Shown one piece after another: positions 49,048 to 59,754 of a stretch of 64,000 nucleotides of DNA. Numbering within the stretch: position 1 is the first letter of the stretch; every line of letters starts with the position of its first letter. A model generated the notes under the pieces. It had not been told where the DNA came from and made no database searches. It saw only the letters and a program-made list of their open reading frames with translations. This DNA comes from Trypanosoma brucei (Eukaryota), in NCBI GenBank assembly GCA_000002445.1, contig CH464491.1, positions 4,032,001 through 4,096,000 of the forward strand. The letters are read 5' to 3'. Both the position numbers and the translations under genes were made by a program.

Positions 49048-52041
49048 CTATCCATCTATTTTCCTGTTAGCAAGCTTACGAACTGCCTCCTCCCGCCGTC
49101 GTTCCTTCCACTCCCTCCACGCCGCCTGGACAATTAGAGCTGCTTCTTCGCGCAATGCGCGGTGCCGCATCAGCGAGGCCGTCGCGTGTGTGGGAAACTT
49201 TCGCGACTTGCAGTCAAATGCTGTCAGAAGCTTCATGGCACGAAACGATGAAGAGGATCTAGAGTCACCCTCTGCCCGCATGCTGCGAGTTAAAGAAGCC
49301 AGAGCACCTCGAGACCATTTCGGCGACGGCGCGAGTAGTTCATCTTCAGGAGGTGTGGGGAGCTCCGTGTTTTCAACTGCAGAATTCACACAAGTCCCCA
49401 CGGGTTTCGATGACAACGAAGGACAACATAAACCGCCCTCGCCTCCAGTCCTATCCGCCAAATTATCGTTTCCCTCACCGTTGAAGCTGGTGTGACGTTC
49501 TGGCCCGGAAACATACGTAACAGTCATCACCGGATGGTTGACCCCCTTATTAGCACTCACCGAAGGGGAATTGTAATGAGCACAGTTTCCACACTGGGAG
49601 TGAAGGTTGGGGTGCTGCATCCACATCCTTTCCGATACCCCGATGACGTTAGCCGCACAGGGGCATGCAGCACAACAAGGCTGGGCTACGGTTCCTGAAC
49701 AACGCCTTCCACTACCAAAAACAGAGAAACAGTTTGACCCTCCAGGGTACCGATGTTCGGGGTAGCCCTGAGGGTCACCTGACGATGGCTTATAACAGAC
49801 ACATCGGCAACAGGAAAAGGGGTCAGAGTGCTGCGGTTTCACTTCCCTCGAAATGCTCTCGTATTTTTGATGGAGCAGCGTCTCGTGCACGTAACGGGTT
49901 GAACGACGAGCCGAAACAAACGCCAACAGAACATCATATGGATGGCGCTGCAGTGTGCCATTACCGTTCTTTGATTCATCCCTTATTTTCAACCCGCCCG
50001 TCGCAAATGCGGTCTCTCCAACTCCAGGAACACATCTATGAGGACAATCTATTGGTAAATTCCCTCCGCATGACACTACCGGAGGCCCGGTACAACCCAG
50101 CAAGTGAGAAAAATTCGGTTTACAGGGACATCCTTTCCAGTACCTAACGAACTCCGACACCTTTGCTCGACTAAAAGCTTGCAGAATTCGGACGCACCAC
50201 GTGACCGACGGCACGAATTCTCCACACCCAAAGGGTCGCCTGGGCTCTGAACACACCCCATAAAGGGATTTTGCTCCCTGAGCAACTCCATTTGATAGCC
50301 GTTGTCCCACCGCCCCTTGACCATTGCCTACACGTGACGTTCTCCTGTTCCATGGTTCTGCCAATCCAGCTCGGTGAGACGAAAACAACTTTCTTGGCAT
50401 ATCCCGTCCATTCATTGGTGTGCTTCCCGCCGACTGCCGAGAACGCGCTCCCCGGTTGCCCTTCGCAGCGGGGTCTGTGTAAGCTGAGAAGTCACGTACT
50501 ATGAACGGGGTTGCAGTTGGTGTGCCGTCCTCCTCTTTAGGATGAAATACGTAAGTGGAGTTGTTCCACTGAGGTTGAGCAGCGGGCGCTAGCGGTGAAC
50601 TGTAGCTTTGCCAGTTATTTGGTATCCTTGACAAGCTGTTACCTCCTCGACGAGGATCTATGGGTGTCGAACCGGCCGGCCCCCAGCCGCTAGGCCCAGA
50701 CGGCCCCAATCCCCTCTTCGGTCTTTGATGTTGTTCCTCTTCTATCAACGGCTCGGGGTTTCCAGCCATTGCGACCTCGACTCTGCGTGGCAGGGTTGTT
50801 GTGACGATGACACTTTGGGGGGGCACAGATGAAGGGTGTTTCTTCGACCCCATTGCTGCTTGTACCCTCGGATCGTAACCGCTACGCTTGTGAAGTCGTT
50901 TACACTGCTGTATGCGCTGACGCACTTCGCTTAACCATACGTTCTCCCCTTTGCTAAGTTTCACCACTGATGACAGCCAGCGTTCACACTGCTGAAAGCG
51001 GTTAACAGCTGCCTTGAATGCGTTTTTGCCACTAAGCCAGGCACCGTGGATATCCAACACGCGGGCGAGAAGACAAACCTCTTCTCGCCATTTGATGTAC
51101 GTGTTAATTGTTCTATCCCCCGCCGCTGCATTGGCGCCACCAGGCTCCACTGAGCTGAACTGCGATAATCGATTGAGCCGCGAACGCTGCATGTCATGTT
51201 GACACACTCGTTTCTCAATGATTTCCTCTGCTATTGAAATTAGGGATAACGCCTCGTCGACAAGACCAAGCTCATACTGTATCTGTGCCAAGTTAAAGTA
51301 CGTTACCCCAATCGTCTCCACATTCAGTGATTCTTCCAACTCCAGGGCTCGACCCATGCGGCGTGCAGCCAGATCATATTCGGCTATCTTAAAGTGGTAC
51401 AACCCAATGTTATTCTCTATAATAGCTACGGCACGCTCGCGCGCTCTCTCGTGCCGCTTAGTAAAATATGGAACACAAACCACCCGTACTCCACCCACGC
51501 ACTTGAGACCACATGACCCACCCGCTTGAGTACCTAAAGGGGACCCCGGTGAGGCCTCGCTATCGTTGGATAAGGGAGAAGACAACGAATCGTTACCAGA
51601 AAAGAATGGAAAGTCCTTTCCTGCGCCTTTTCGTGTCATTGACTCCACGTTGAGAAGCATTTGCAGTGCATGGGTGTAGCGCTTCTCGTTGAGGAAGCGC
51701 AAAGCCGTGACATTCGCTACACGGATGTAATGGTCCGCCCGTCTCGACAACGTATCTTCAAGATCAAAAAGCTGCTGAATTGCGGTGCGTGTGGTCTCAC
51801 ATGTCTCACTTTTCGGCAACGCGTGTTCGGCGTCCTCTGACAAACTAATAGTACTATCCAGTCTATGAATATAAAACCGTTGCTGGAAGACATACTCAGC
51901 CGCTTCGTGCAGTTTCTCCTGCAATTGGGGTAGGTCTTCCTCGGGTCCGTTGGCTGCACTTAGCGATTTCTCATAATTTCTATTCCTACCGTGCGGGGAG
52001 GCTCCTCTGCGAGTGGCTCCCGCCGGCGTTTGCTGCTTCAT
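49048..52041 (-). CDS. Hypothetical protein, 997 aa, with TPR-like N-terminal half, a central Cys/His-rich region and a C-terminal IQ motif.
   Basis: TPR-like YFNLAQIQYELGLVDEALSLISIAEE. Cys cluster CPCKPNFSHLLGCTGPPVVSCGGNLPIDCPHRC...CCRCVCY...QPCCAACPC. C-terminal AALIVQAAWREWKERRREEAVRKL fits IQxxxRGxxxR-like calmodulin-binding motifs. Confidence 0.55.
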   Translation of the reverse strand: MKQQTPAGATRRGASPHGRNRNYEKSLSAANGPEEDLPQLQEKLHEAAEYVFQQRFYIHRLDSTISLSEDAEHALPKSETCETTRTAIQQLFDLEDTLSRRADHYIRVANVTALRFLNEKRYTHALQMLLNVESMTRKGAGKDFPFFSGNDSLSSPLSNDSEASPGSPLGTQAGGSCGLKCVGGVRVVCVPYFTKRHERARERAVAIIENNIGLYHFKIAEYDLAARRMGRALELEESLNVETIGVTYFNLAQIQYELGLVDEALSLISIAEEIIEKRVCQHDMQRSRLNRLSQFSSVEPGGANAAAGDRTINTYIKWREEVCLLARVLDIHGAWLSGKNAFKAAVNRFQQCERWLSSVVKLSKGENVWLSEVRQRIQQCKRLHKRSGYDPRVQAAMGSKKHPSSVPPQSVIVTTTLPRRVEVAMAGNPEPLIEEEQHQRPKRGLGPSGPSGWGPAGSTPIDPRRGGNSLSRIPNNWQSYSSPLAPAAQPQWNNSTYVFHPKEEDGTPTATPFIVRDFSAYTDPAAKGNRGARSRQSAGSTPMNGRDMPRKLFSSHRAGLAEPWNRRTSRVGNGQGAVGQRLSNGVAQGAKSLYGVCSEPRRPFGCGEFVPSVTWCVRILQAFSRAKVSEFVRYWKGCPCKPNFSHLLGCTGPPVVSCGGNLPIDCPHRCVPGVGETAFATGGLKIRDESKNGNGTLQRHPYDVLLAFVSARRSTRYVHETLLHQKYESISREVKPQHSDPFSCCRCVCYKPSSGDPQGYPEHRYPGGSNCFSVFGSGRRCSGTVAQPCCAACPCAANVIGVSERMWMQHPNLHSQCGNCAHYNSPSVSANKGVNHPVMTVTYVSGPERHTSFNGEGNDNLADRTGGEGGLCCPSLSSKPVGTCVNSAVENTELPTPPEDELLAPSPKWSRGALASLTRSMRAEGDSRSSSSFRAMKLLTAFDCKSRKFPTHATASLMRHRALREEAALIVQAAWREWKERRREEAVRKLANRKIDG

Positions 52042-52473
52042 GATGCTGGGACTTGCTGCCGCTTTCCACTTGCAGCACCCACAACTTCTGTAAGTGGGAA
52101 GACAATGGTTACAAGCGAAAAAAAGGGGGGGATTTCTTGCCTAGATCACCGACCGCACCACGCCTTACCTGAAGACTGTGCAGTAGACGGTCCGATGTTG
52201 ATCCAACGGTTTCTGTAGGGCACAATAAGACGGTGGGAAAAGAGCATGGAAATTAAAGAAACAGAGTACCAGTTGGTCAATAAAAGCAAGAGCACGAGTC
52301 AAAAATAGCAGAAAGGGTAGATTGAAATGAGATGCGTCCACAATAGTGGGGCATACAAAGATGTTCGTTAACAAAGACATTTGTGCGAGGGCTAGCACAC
52401 TTTCAACTCACAAGCCTCATATGCCATAGGTACAGGCGTGAAACTCTGAATGTTTCGCTTCTTTCGAAGTTGT

Positions 52474-54348
52474 TTATACTGGAGAGTTGCGCGGAGTTAA
52501 TGAACTAGGGAAACTGTCCTCTTCAACTTCCCTTGCGTATGAACGGCTACCCCGTCGAGGCCGCAAGCATTCATACACAGTCGGTAAGGTGCACAAAGAT
52601 GATCTGTCTTCGCCGCTTCGTATCATCATTCTCACAACATCGTCAAATTCAGCGATTAGGGCGTAATCTTCCTTTTTCAAAGGAGCATCCATCCCGCATA
52701 TGACTGAGACACGAACGGCAAATGCTCGCAGGACAGCCTCACAAAGGTCCACAACAATTGTTTCTTTTCGTCCGCCCCATCCAGGGCGCCTCCTAGCATG
52801 GTCTAGCAGTTGCACAACGTGCTGGGTTGATTTCAGGATCTCTTCAACTTCACCCCGAAACGATACGAACGCGGTAAGCCGAAATGACCACTGCAGTAGC
52901 GCTCGAAGGAGAAGGTGACGCACAAACGCGTCCCCACCACTCGCAGGGCTGTGCGGCTCACCATCTAGCTGCAGCGCGCACAGCGGAATAGCACGAAAGG
53001 CAGCGTATGCTTTGTGGACACCCCTAACTTCAGGCTCCTTCTCTTGAGCCACGTCGGCACACATCCAGAGGCGTAGGAACGCCGCGTACGTGACCGACGG
53101 AACCGAGGAGGAAGGAGGGAACACATTACATTGTTCGGCCCGTGCAAGTAGCATGCCTACGTCAACTGAATTGGCCTTCAACACAGTGCTTGGCCGGATG
53201 TATAATAGCCGCGCAAGCAGCATTACGACATTTTCCGCCTTGGCCTCCTTACTAAACAGCGGTAATACATGCAAAAACGCATGGCGTGCAGAGCGGAAAC
53301 GGTTTTCTTCATTGCTCACAGCACAGTGGCAGCTGAGCAAAGCGACCCAGATCAGAGGCAAAAGCTGTAACCGACGCTGCTGAGGGAAACAGTGGTTATC
53401 GTGCACACCAGAACACGCTGTACCAGCCGCACTTCCGGGGAAGCACAATGTTGAGACGGCCAGTCCGCCATTGACCTCCTCCCCAAACCACCGGTTACAC
53501 CCCTCGGGTGACTTGACGTACGATAACAACTGTTTGTCTTCTCGAGGCATCCCGGCATGCGCGAGGATCTTGCACACAAGCTTAACATAGGTGGAAAATA
53601 GGCCGCGAAACGGAGCGTGCAACCGCCGCATGTCAAACAGGGGTTCAGTGTGATCAAGAAGTCCCCAGTAACACACACCTTGGCTGTAATGCACCGCTGC
53701 CCAGTGAAGCGAATTCCACATGTCACTTCCTTGAGATGCCAACCTTTTGTTTGCTGCCATCAGGGTACCGGATGCGGAGGCTGTGGATAAACTTTTCAGT
53801 ATTTCTTCCACATTTTTCGATACAAATATGCTGCAGGAAATAACAGCACCTATGAGGTCTTCACAATACTTGTCCGCAGTTTGATATAATGCAGTGAGAT
53901 GCAAAAGCACGGATGCATAAAATATGTACTCCACTATGCGACTTAAATCTTCCACCGATAGCGTACCGGTGTTCTCCCCCCAACGCTGCCGCTCAACGCG
54001 GAAGGATGTAAGCATATGATGGCAGTGATACGCAGCATACCTGGCTGCATCCTCTTGACGCTGAGATACGCCCTCGCCATCGTGTGAATGATGTTGGAGT
54101 TGTTCCTCACTGACACAATCCTCGGTCTCCACCATGGAGGCGTTGTGTCTCCCCGTCGAATCTATAAGACGCAAAGCCCTCCTGAGTGGTAGACGGTAGT
54201 GAGGAATATTAGTCCCTTGATGCTGTCCCAGACTCCGGTTGGTGCCGCGAACTAAATGTGCACACCGGGCTTGGATGAAAGTGGCTCCTGTCATTCTAGT
54301 AGCTCGTAACAGCGTAGCTCCCCCCGCGCAAGCAGAACAGTGCTTCAT
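52474..54348 (-). CDS. Hypothetical protein, 624 aa.
   Basis: Long co-oriented ORF. No recognisable domain. Confidence 0.5.
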   Translation of the reverse strand: MKHCSACAGGATLLRATRMTGATFIQARCAHLVRGTNRSLGQHQGTNIPHYRLPLRRALRLIDSTGRHNASMVETEDCVSEEQLQHHSHDGEGVSQRQEDAARYAAYHCHHMLTSFRVERQRWGENTGTLSVEDLSRIVEYIFYASVLLHLTALYQTADKYCEDLIGAVISCSIFVSKNVEEILKSLSTASASGTLMAANKRLASQGSDMWNSLHWAAVHYSQGVCYWGLLDHTEPLFDMRRLHAPFRGLFSTYVKLVCKILAHAGMPREDKQLLSYVKSPEGCNRWFGEEVNGGLAVSTLCFPGSAAGTACSGVHDNHCFPQQRRLQLLPLIWVALLSCHCAVSNEENRFRSARHAFLHVLPLFSKEAKAENVVMLLARLLYIRPSTVLKANSVDVGMLLARAEQCNVFPPSSSVPSVTYAAFLRLWMCADVAQEKEPEVRGVHKAYAAFRAIPLCALQLDGEPHSPASGGDAFVRHLLLRALLQWSFRLTAFVSFRGEVEEILKSTQHVVQLLDHARRRPGWGGRKETIVVDLCEAVLRAFAVRVSVICGMDAPLKKEDYALIAEFDDVVRMMIRSGEDRSSLCTLPTVYECLRPRRGSRSYAREVEEDSFPSSLTPRNSPV

Positions 54349-54780
54349 ATAGGATTTGGTTTATGCAACTGCTGCCATCAAAAAAAGTCTTTATACAAGC
54401 AACGAATAACTACGAAGACCTATGATGCCTATCAGCGTGACACTCAATTACAGACAAACATCCACTGACGAAGGGCACGAAGATAATCAATATGTCAAGC
54501 AGCAACAAACCATACACAAAAACATTTGAGAGTTTCATTTGACACTCAAGCAGTTGAGGACACCCTATGTAAGGGTTAGGTTAAAATAACGTTTTGGGCG
54601 CCATCCTGTGCAGCAGTTGCGTTGTTGTTTTTTGACCCGCCCTGCCCTTCTTCTCCCTCTTCTTCTCAACACACACAGGGGTCGCTTAGTTTTAACCGCC
54701 TTAAGCTTTTCTCCAAGTTTGCATCACTGCTGAGCAGATTCTTCACGCAGGTAGGTGCTTCGCACACACTGCCCTGCCTT

Positions 54781-55788
54781 TTATGAACTCGTGCTATCAT
54801 CGTCATTTCCATCCTCATCCTCATCCTCACTCTCCTCTCGTTTATCAGATATTTTGTGGATGACACAGTAATACGCCGGCCCCCGACCATTATCTCGGTC
54901 AGGTAGTACAATGTGTCCAAACTCTGTCTTCTCGCCAATGGGTACTGGGGGATGCATTAGCTCCACCTGACAGCGCGTTCGTTTTAATGCCTCACGGACA
55001 ACTTCATCGTTTTCTAGCGGTGAAATGGAACACGTAGTGTACACAATACGCCCCCCAGGTCGACATGTCTCGATAGATCGAAGAAGTAACCCCCGCTGAG
55101 TGTGGCTTAGCTCCACACAAGCTTGTAGGGACCAGTGCAGTGGACTAACTGCATGCTTGCCACTGTGCTGGAGCAGTTGTCGTTCTCCCGTGCATGGGGC
55201 GTCAACGAGAACGCGGTGGTAAGTCGATGGGTCGTGCCAAGTTTCTGGTTTGCGCTGTGTAACAGTTACAGGGACGTAATTGCTAGGCACGTACTCCTTG
55301 ATGTTGCGGCGCAAACGGGCACAGCGGTCACCGCGCTGCTCATTGGCGGTTAATGAAGCACTATTAGATAGGAACTGGGAAATTGCTATGGATTTACCGC
55401 CCACTCCCGCACAGAGATCAAGAACAAGGTCAAATTGTTGTACGCCTAGTAGCTCTACAGCCAGTGCAGTTGTGTAATCTAAGGGATAGTGCGCCTTTAC
55501 ATTGAATTCATCAATGGCCGGTGGGGGCATCTCACCACTTCCCAGTGGGCTAAACAACTGAAGAAGCAAGGCGTCGTCAACGCGCTTCACGTCCCCCATA
55601 GCACTTTCAAAGGGGAGCTTAACAAATTTGTTCCAGAGAACAGACCTGTCGCAAGCCGGTGCGCACAGTGCCTTGCGGAGCGCTGCCCAGCGTTCCCCGT
55701 AATGACTGCCGTAAAAGTCCTCAAATGTTTCGCTCTTCCGCAGTCCGTTGGTGTTACTTCTTCGGTTCCCTTTCCTTCTCGAGTGCAT
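54781..55788 (-). CDS. NOL1/NOP2/Sun-family RNA (cytosine-5) methyltransferase (NSUN4-like size).
   Basis: SAM motif I VLDLCAGVGGKS, motif IV LVDAPCTGERQ with catalytic Cys, and motif VI IVYTTCSISPLENDEVV with a second Cys. 335 aa. Acidic C-terminal tail. Confidence 0.75.
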   Translation of the reverse strand: MHSRRKGNRRSNTNGLRKSETFEDFYGSHYGERWAALRKALCAPACDRSVLWNKFVKLPFESAMGDVKRVDDALLLQLFSPLGSGEMPPPAIDEFNVKAHYPLDYTTALAVELLGVQQFDLVLDLCAGVGGKSIAISQFLSNSASLTANEQRGDRCARLRRNIKEYVPSNYVPVTVTQRKPETWHDPSTYHRVLVDAPCTGERQLLQHSGKHAVSPLHWSLQACVELSHTQRGLLLRSIETCRPGGRIVYTTCSISPLENDEVVREALKRTRCQVELMHPPVPIGEKTEFGHIVLPDRDNGRGPAYYCVIHKISDKREESEDEDEDGNDDDSTSS

Positions 55789-56374
55789 TTTCTGGTTGCC
55801 TACCTTTGTCTCTTCTTAGTCACCCAATACAACTCCTGCTCGGGCCCTTTCCGAAAATTGCCTTTTGATACTGGTGAAATGATGTTGTCCCCAGCAGTAT
55901 CGCCAACGGAAGGTCCTCACTACCTCAGGCTGTGAGGTCAGCTGTGCAGACGAGTTGTGGTGGACTTTTACCAAACCTGTTTGCACAAGCGAGTGGGGCG
56001 CCGATAGTATGTGGAGACAAAATAGGTGGTGGGACGGATACACAGTAGAATAGCTTACAGCTCACCTCACGTAAAGGAAAAAGAGTAAATCAGCGTTAGA
56101 TGGAAAAGGGGGCCCTGAAGTGTTGATTCGCTCAGGTATTTTCTTTTTACGACCACTGCTGGTACCCCCCCCCCCAAATAGTCACTACCAGTGAATCTTT
56201 TGCCGTCTGCTCCGCCGGTTTGCATCGTGCTTCCAGGAACAGAACCCTCCGCTCCTGCGCCCTTTCCCCCCGTCCAACCTCTCTTCCCCCCCTCGCCGGT
56301 TTATTAACTCAGAGAGGATGTAGAGAGCTAGTAGCCACCCATTCACAACATTCACCGCCCAACAACCGTTTTAA

Positions 56375-57562
56375 TCACGATGCATCTTCCCCGTTACCTG
56401 TCGAAGGAGTAATACTCCCATCGCCAAGACCCACCACTTCTTGCAAATTAGAATAGGGTGGAGGCGTGTACCGTATCGCCATATAGTTGTCTCCGCGCAG
56501 CGGTTTCTGCAGTTGGTCAATCATGGAAGCCTTCATCCATGCACATCCAGTAGCAGGATCCGCTAACTGCGCCCATGCACGATCAATAGGGTCCGGCGAC
56601 TGCCGAAGGAGCCGTGCATCCCAGTTTCTCATGTACTGCAACGGGACCACCTGTGGCCCCTCGACGCGAATGTCCGAGGGGACTTCCGCTACAAAATAGC
56701 GTACAGGAACGCGCCAGTAGTATTGTGGAACAGTCTGATACAGATGGCCGGTGGGGTATACATTTGAAGCATCTACGGTAATGCCCGTTTCTTCCCACAG
56801 TGTACGTATAGCCGCCTCTTTGTAGCGCTCGTAGAGCAACGTCCACTTTCCTGGGAGTTTTAGGGAAATAGGAGGAATGTCGGGAGGCCGTAGTTCACGG
56901 TTTATCCTGCGTAACATTAGCCACTCGACCTCACTTGAGTTCGCCAGCCGCCTAAAGATGCCCAGCCGTACGTATACAGGGTCTTGCTGTATAGCCGCCT
57001 CCATGAGCTTGTGACAGTTGAAAATGCCACGCTCCGAGCCAAAAAGGTAAACCGTAATATCCACATCATCCGCCGTCTCGTATGCCCCCCACTGCGTGCC
57101 ATCTCCTTCGTCGCTTCCACTGCCTTTTACAGCATTCTCAGAAAGCCTCTCTGGGTATGTGGGTTCCAATTCAATATGTACCCCAGTGCGATACTTCAGC
57201 TCGGCAGCCCATTCCCTCATCGGTCCTGACACCTTACGAGCGAGTGCTGCCTTCGTCTGCCACTTGTACACAAATGAATTGGTGAGGAGATCAAAGCGTG
57301 CTGGTGGATGCGATAATTTCTCCAGTTGAATGGTGCTCGTGTCACCTGCCGTCCCGTCACCCGACGAATGGGGCTGCTGCAGGTGTACGTCGAAGGGTAG
57401 TGCGTGCCCCTCCGTATCAAGCGCTGAAGCAAGCTCCCCCCGAAGCGCGTCATCATCGCTGATGAAGGCGCTGCTATCGATGGATTTGTTGTCACCAGAT
57501 ATGAAGCGACGCCCAACCGCCACACAAGGACGTGCAAGGGTGAAAAATAATTGCTTGCGCAT
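56375..57562 (-). CDS. MERS1: Nudix hydrolase with mitochondrial-type presequence; probably the MERS1 (mitochondrial edited mRNA stability factor 1) orthologue.
   Basis: Nudix box G..(x)..E..x7..RTLWEETGI (REUxEExGU with the first Glu replaced by Thr). N-terminal MRKQLFFTLARPCVAVGRRFIS resembles a mitochondrial targeting peptide. 395 aa. Lies immediately downstream of TUT4, which matches my recollection of the T. brucei MERS1/TUT4 adjacency. Confidence 0.6.
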   Translation of the reverse strand: MRKQLFFTLARPCVAVGRRFISGDNKSIDSSAFISDDDALRGELASALDTEGHALPFDVHLQQPHSSGDGTAGDTSTIQLEKLSHPPARFDLLTNSFVYKWQTKAALARKVSGPMREWAAELKYRTGVHIELEPTYPERLSENAVKGSGSDEGDGTQWGAYETADDVDITVYLFGSERGIFNCHKLMEAAIQQDPVYVRLGIFRRLANSSEVEWLMLRRINRELRPPDIPPISLKLPGKWTLLYERYKEAAIRTLWEETGITVDASNVYPTGHLYQTVPQYYWRVPVRYFVAEVPSDIRVEGPQVVPLQYMRNWDARLLRQSPDPIDRAWAQLADPATGCAWMKASMIDQLQKPLRGDNYMAIRYTPPPYSNLQEVVGLGDGSITPSTGNGEDAS

Positions 57563-58229
57563 GCGAAAATCCGCTAGTTACTCCCCGATACGCAACTGCT
57601 GCCGCACGTCGTGGGGTTATATTTGCCACTTGTCGTTCACAACACCACTCCCTTCTGATGTGTTCTCAGATTTTATTTACTTTTTACCTTCGAATAACCA
57701 AACTGATGCGGTAACACTTCTATTGTGGCAGTGCAAACTTATGTCACTCCACGTTAGTCAAACGTCGCCCTATGAAATGCGATGTGCTAATGAACTGTTC
57801 TCCCTTTGCTCCTGATCACAGCGGTCCTTTTGTTTCCAAAACGGCTTCGACTTGAAGAAAAAACTCGATAGGCTTCCTCTGCCAGCACTTCCTTCCGTCA
57901 CCGGGGCCGCGCTTTCAAACTCTCTAAAGCGAGATGAGGCAATATATAATCGGATATAGAAGGTGTCGGGAGACAGAAGAAAAAAAAACAGGGGTATCGC
58001 GCACAAGCGGGTAAACGCTAGGAATTGCAGACATGTAGAAGCCAGAAAGCAGGGTTTTGATTAGTGAGGTTGTGAAAGGGCACCAAGTCAAGGAAATTTG
58101 ACTAAATGCAGCCACAAGATTCTTGTTTCCCTTCTGCATAAAATACAGTAGATTAATGTGAATAAATGAGATACCTCCCTTCCCCTTTTCTTCACCGTGG
58201 TAAGGAACGTTCCCCTCTCCCCCCCCAAC

Positions 58230-59231
58230 CTAGACAATAGTGAGTAGCGCCGTGTCACGTGCCTTCTCCAAATGCCTACGAAGAAAGTCGCGCTTTAGCG
58301 GTGTAACGTTTCTACCAACATTCAGATTTAGTTCGTAGGGGTCCTCGATGCACCACTGATAGTGGACCTTTTCGCCGTTCATACGGGCAAAGTCTTCCGC
58401 GCTCTTTGTCCAATCCAATTCTTCCTTAGTTGTGATACCTGGCCGGTTCAATGAGATTACTTGTTTGTCCGAATCAAACTCATGAAGGAAAAAATGCAGA
58501 AAATCTAGCACCTGTGTTCCCAGCTCTAATCCCTCGTCTGCCGGTTCCTCCAGCGGGAGATGGGGTGGCAAAGGTTCAACGCGGGAAACATCGATAGTGG
58601 AAGGAGGCACAAACTGGAGGTGATTCCGCTGCAGTAGATAGTAAACTACCATTAAGTTGAAACCATAGGAAGTTATGCTTCCACCAATGACAGATGCGTT
58701 AAGTCCTGTTTGTTTACTCCACCGCTTGATGCTCATGCTCAACCAGCGACACGGTGGATTTTGCTCAAAATAAGCGCGAAGTAAGGCGCTATTTCGTACT
58801 CCATTGCGCCTGTACGCAGTGATGTCGAAATCCACAGCACCACCACCCTTAACACGCACAACAGGCACACGCGTTCGCCGGACCTCTTCCACATTCCACG
58901 ACAGATGCTTCTGCCTTATCACACGCGCTAATTTAGCCAGGATGTCAGCCTGCAACCCCTTAGCTACCTGAGTGGCTGCATCCCCACCTTTCCCATCCTC
59001 CACATCCGTTTTATTGAGCACAACAAAGTCCACATCGCTTCCCTTCTCGTGCACACCGTACACAACAGTGGAACCGAATGTATAAAGCCGCATCAGTGGG
59101 TCGACAGCGGCAACGCAGTCCAGCACGAGGCGGTATGTTGCGTCCACATGCCGAGTGTGTAAATCTTTCGAGACGAACTGTTTGAAGGAATTCACAAGAC
59201 TTCGGCCGACCACTGCTGGTGATGGTGGCAT
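58230..59231 (-). CDS. TUT4: Minimal RNA uridylyltransferase TUT4 (Cid1/Pol-beta nucleotidyltransferase superfamily).
   Basis: 333 aa. Nucleotidyltransferase motif FGSTVVYGVHEKGSDVDF places the catalytic Asp at 66 and 68. The third Asp is at 136 and Asn147/Ser148 follow. These match the residue numbering I recall for the T. brucei TUT4 crystal structure. PAP-associated domain follows. Confidence 0.85.
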   Translation of the reverse strand: MPPSPAVVGRSLVNSFKQFVSKDLHTRHVDATYRLVLDCVAAVDPLMRLYTFGSTVVYGVHEKGSDVDFVVLNKTDVEDGKGGDAATQVAKGLQADILAKLARVIRQKHLSWNVEEVRRTRVPVVRVKGGGAVDFDITAYRRNGVRNSALLRAYFEQNPPCRWLSMSIKRWSKQTGLNASVIGGSITSYGFNLMVVYYLLQRNHLQFVPPSTIDVSRVEPLPPHLPLEEPADEGLELGTQVLDFLHFFLHEFDSDKQVISLNRPGITTKEELDWTKSAEDFARMNGEKVHYQWCIEDPYELNLNVGRNVTPLKRDFLRRHLEKARDTALLTIV

Positions 59232-59300
59232 TTGACGTTGGCACTTTCACTCAACAGCGGGTTGGCGTACCAGCTCCTTCACTTGAAATTGATAATGAAC

Positions 59301-59360
59301 GACCTCAGCTCAGAAGCGAGGGGAAGCAAAAGGAGCAAAACTGCGAAAGGAAGGTGAAAG
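59301..59360 (-). promoter_or_regulatory. Candidate polypyrimidine tract plus AG trans-splice acceptor for the TUT4 mRNA.
   Basis: On the minus strand, about 70 to 130 nt upstream of the ATG at 59231. ctttcaccttcctttcgcagttttgctccttttgcttcccctcgcttctg is followed by several AG dinucleotides (gAGctgAGg). Fits kinetoplastid spliced-leader addition signals. Not verifiable without RNA data. Confidence 0.35.
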
Positions 59361-59754
59361 ATCAGGGTCAGCAATAACAACATGACATATTGAGACGGAG
59401 CACGAATAATGAGCCACCAAAGGACATAAGACGAAGCAGCCTTCATTCCAGGTGAAAATATGAAATACCTAAAGCAATGTGTATGGATTTGGGGAGGGGT
59501 CACCCACACAGAAAGTTATTTCAAGTTCAGAAAATAAAAATGAGAAAAAATAGCTAAAAAAGGAAAGGAAATAATAACAAACCAAAAATGAAATCAAATT
59601 TATAGGCCCAACGACCGTAATAGCAGTTAAACTACAAAAAAGTAAAGGCCTCTCTGTGCGGTAGTGCCTCTATCCACAAGAGACAAGAAGAACAACCACA
59701 ACCCGTAGAAGGATCCGGTGTGAATTATAGTGCAAAGGTTGGGGTACTACTATT

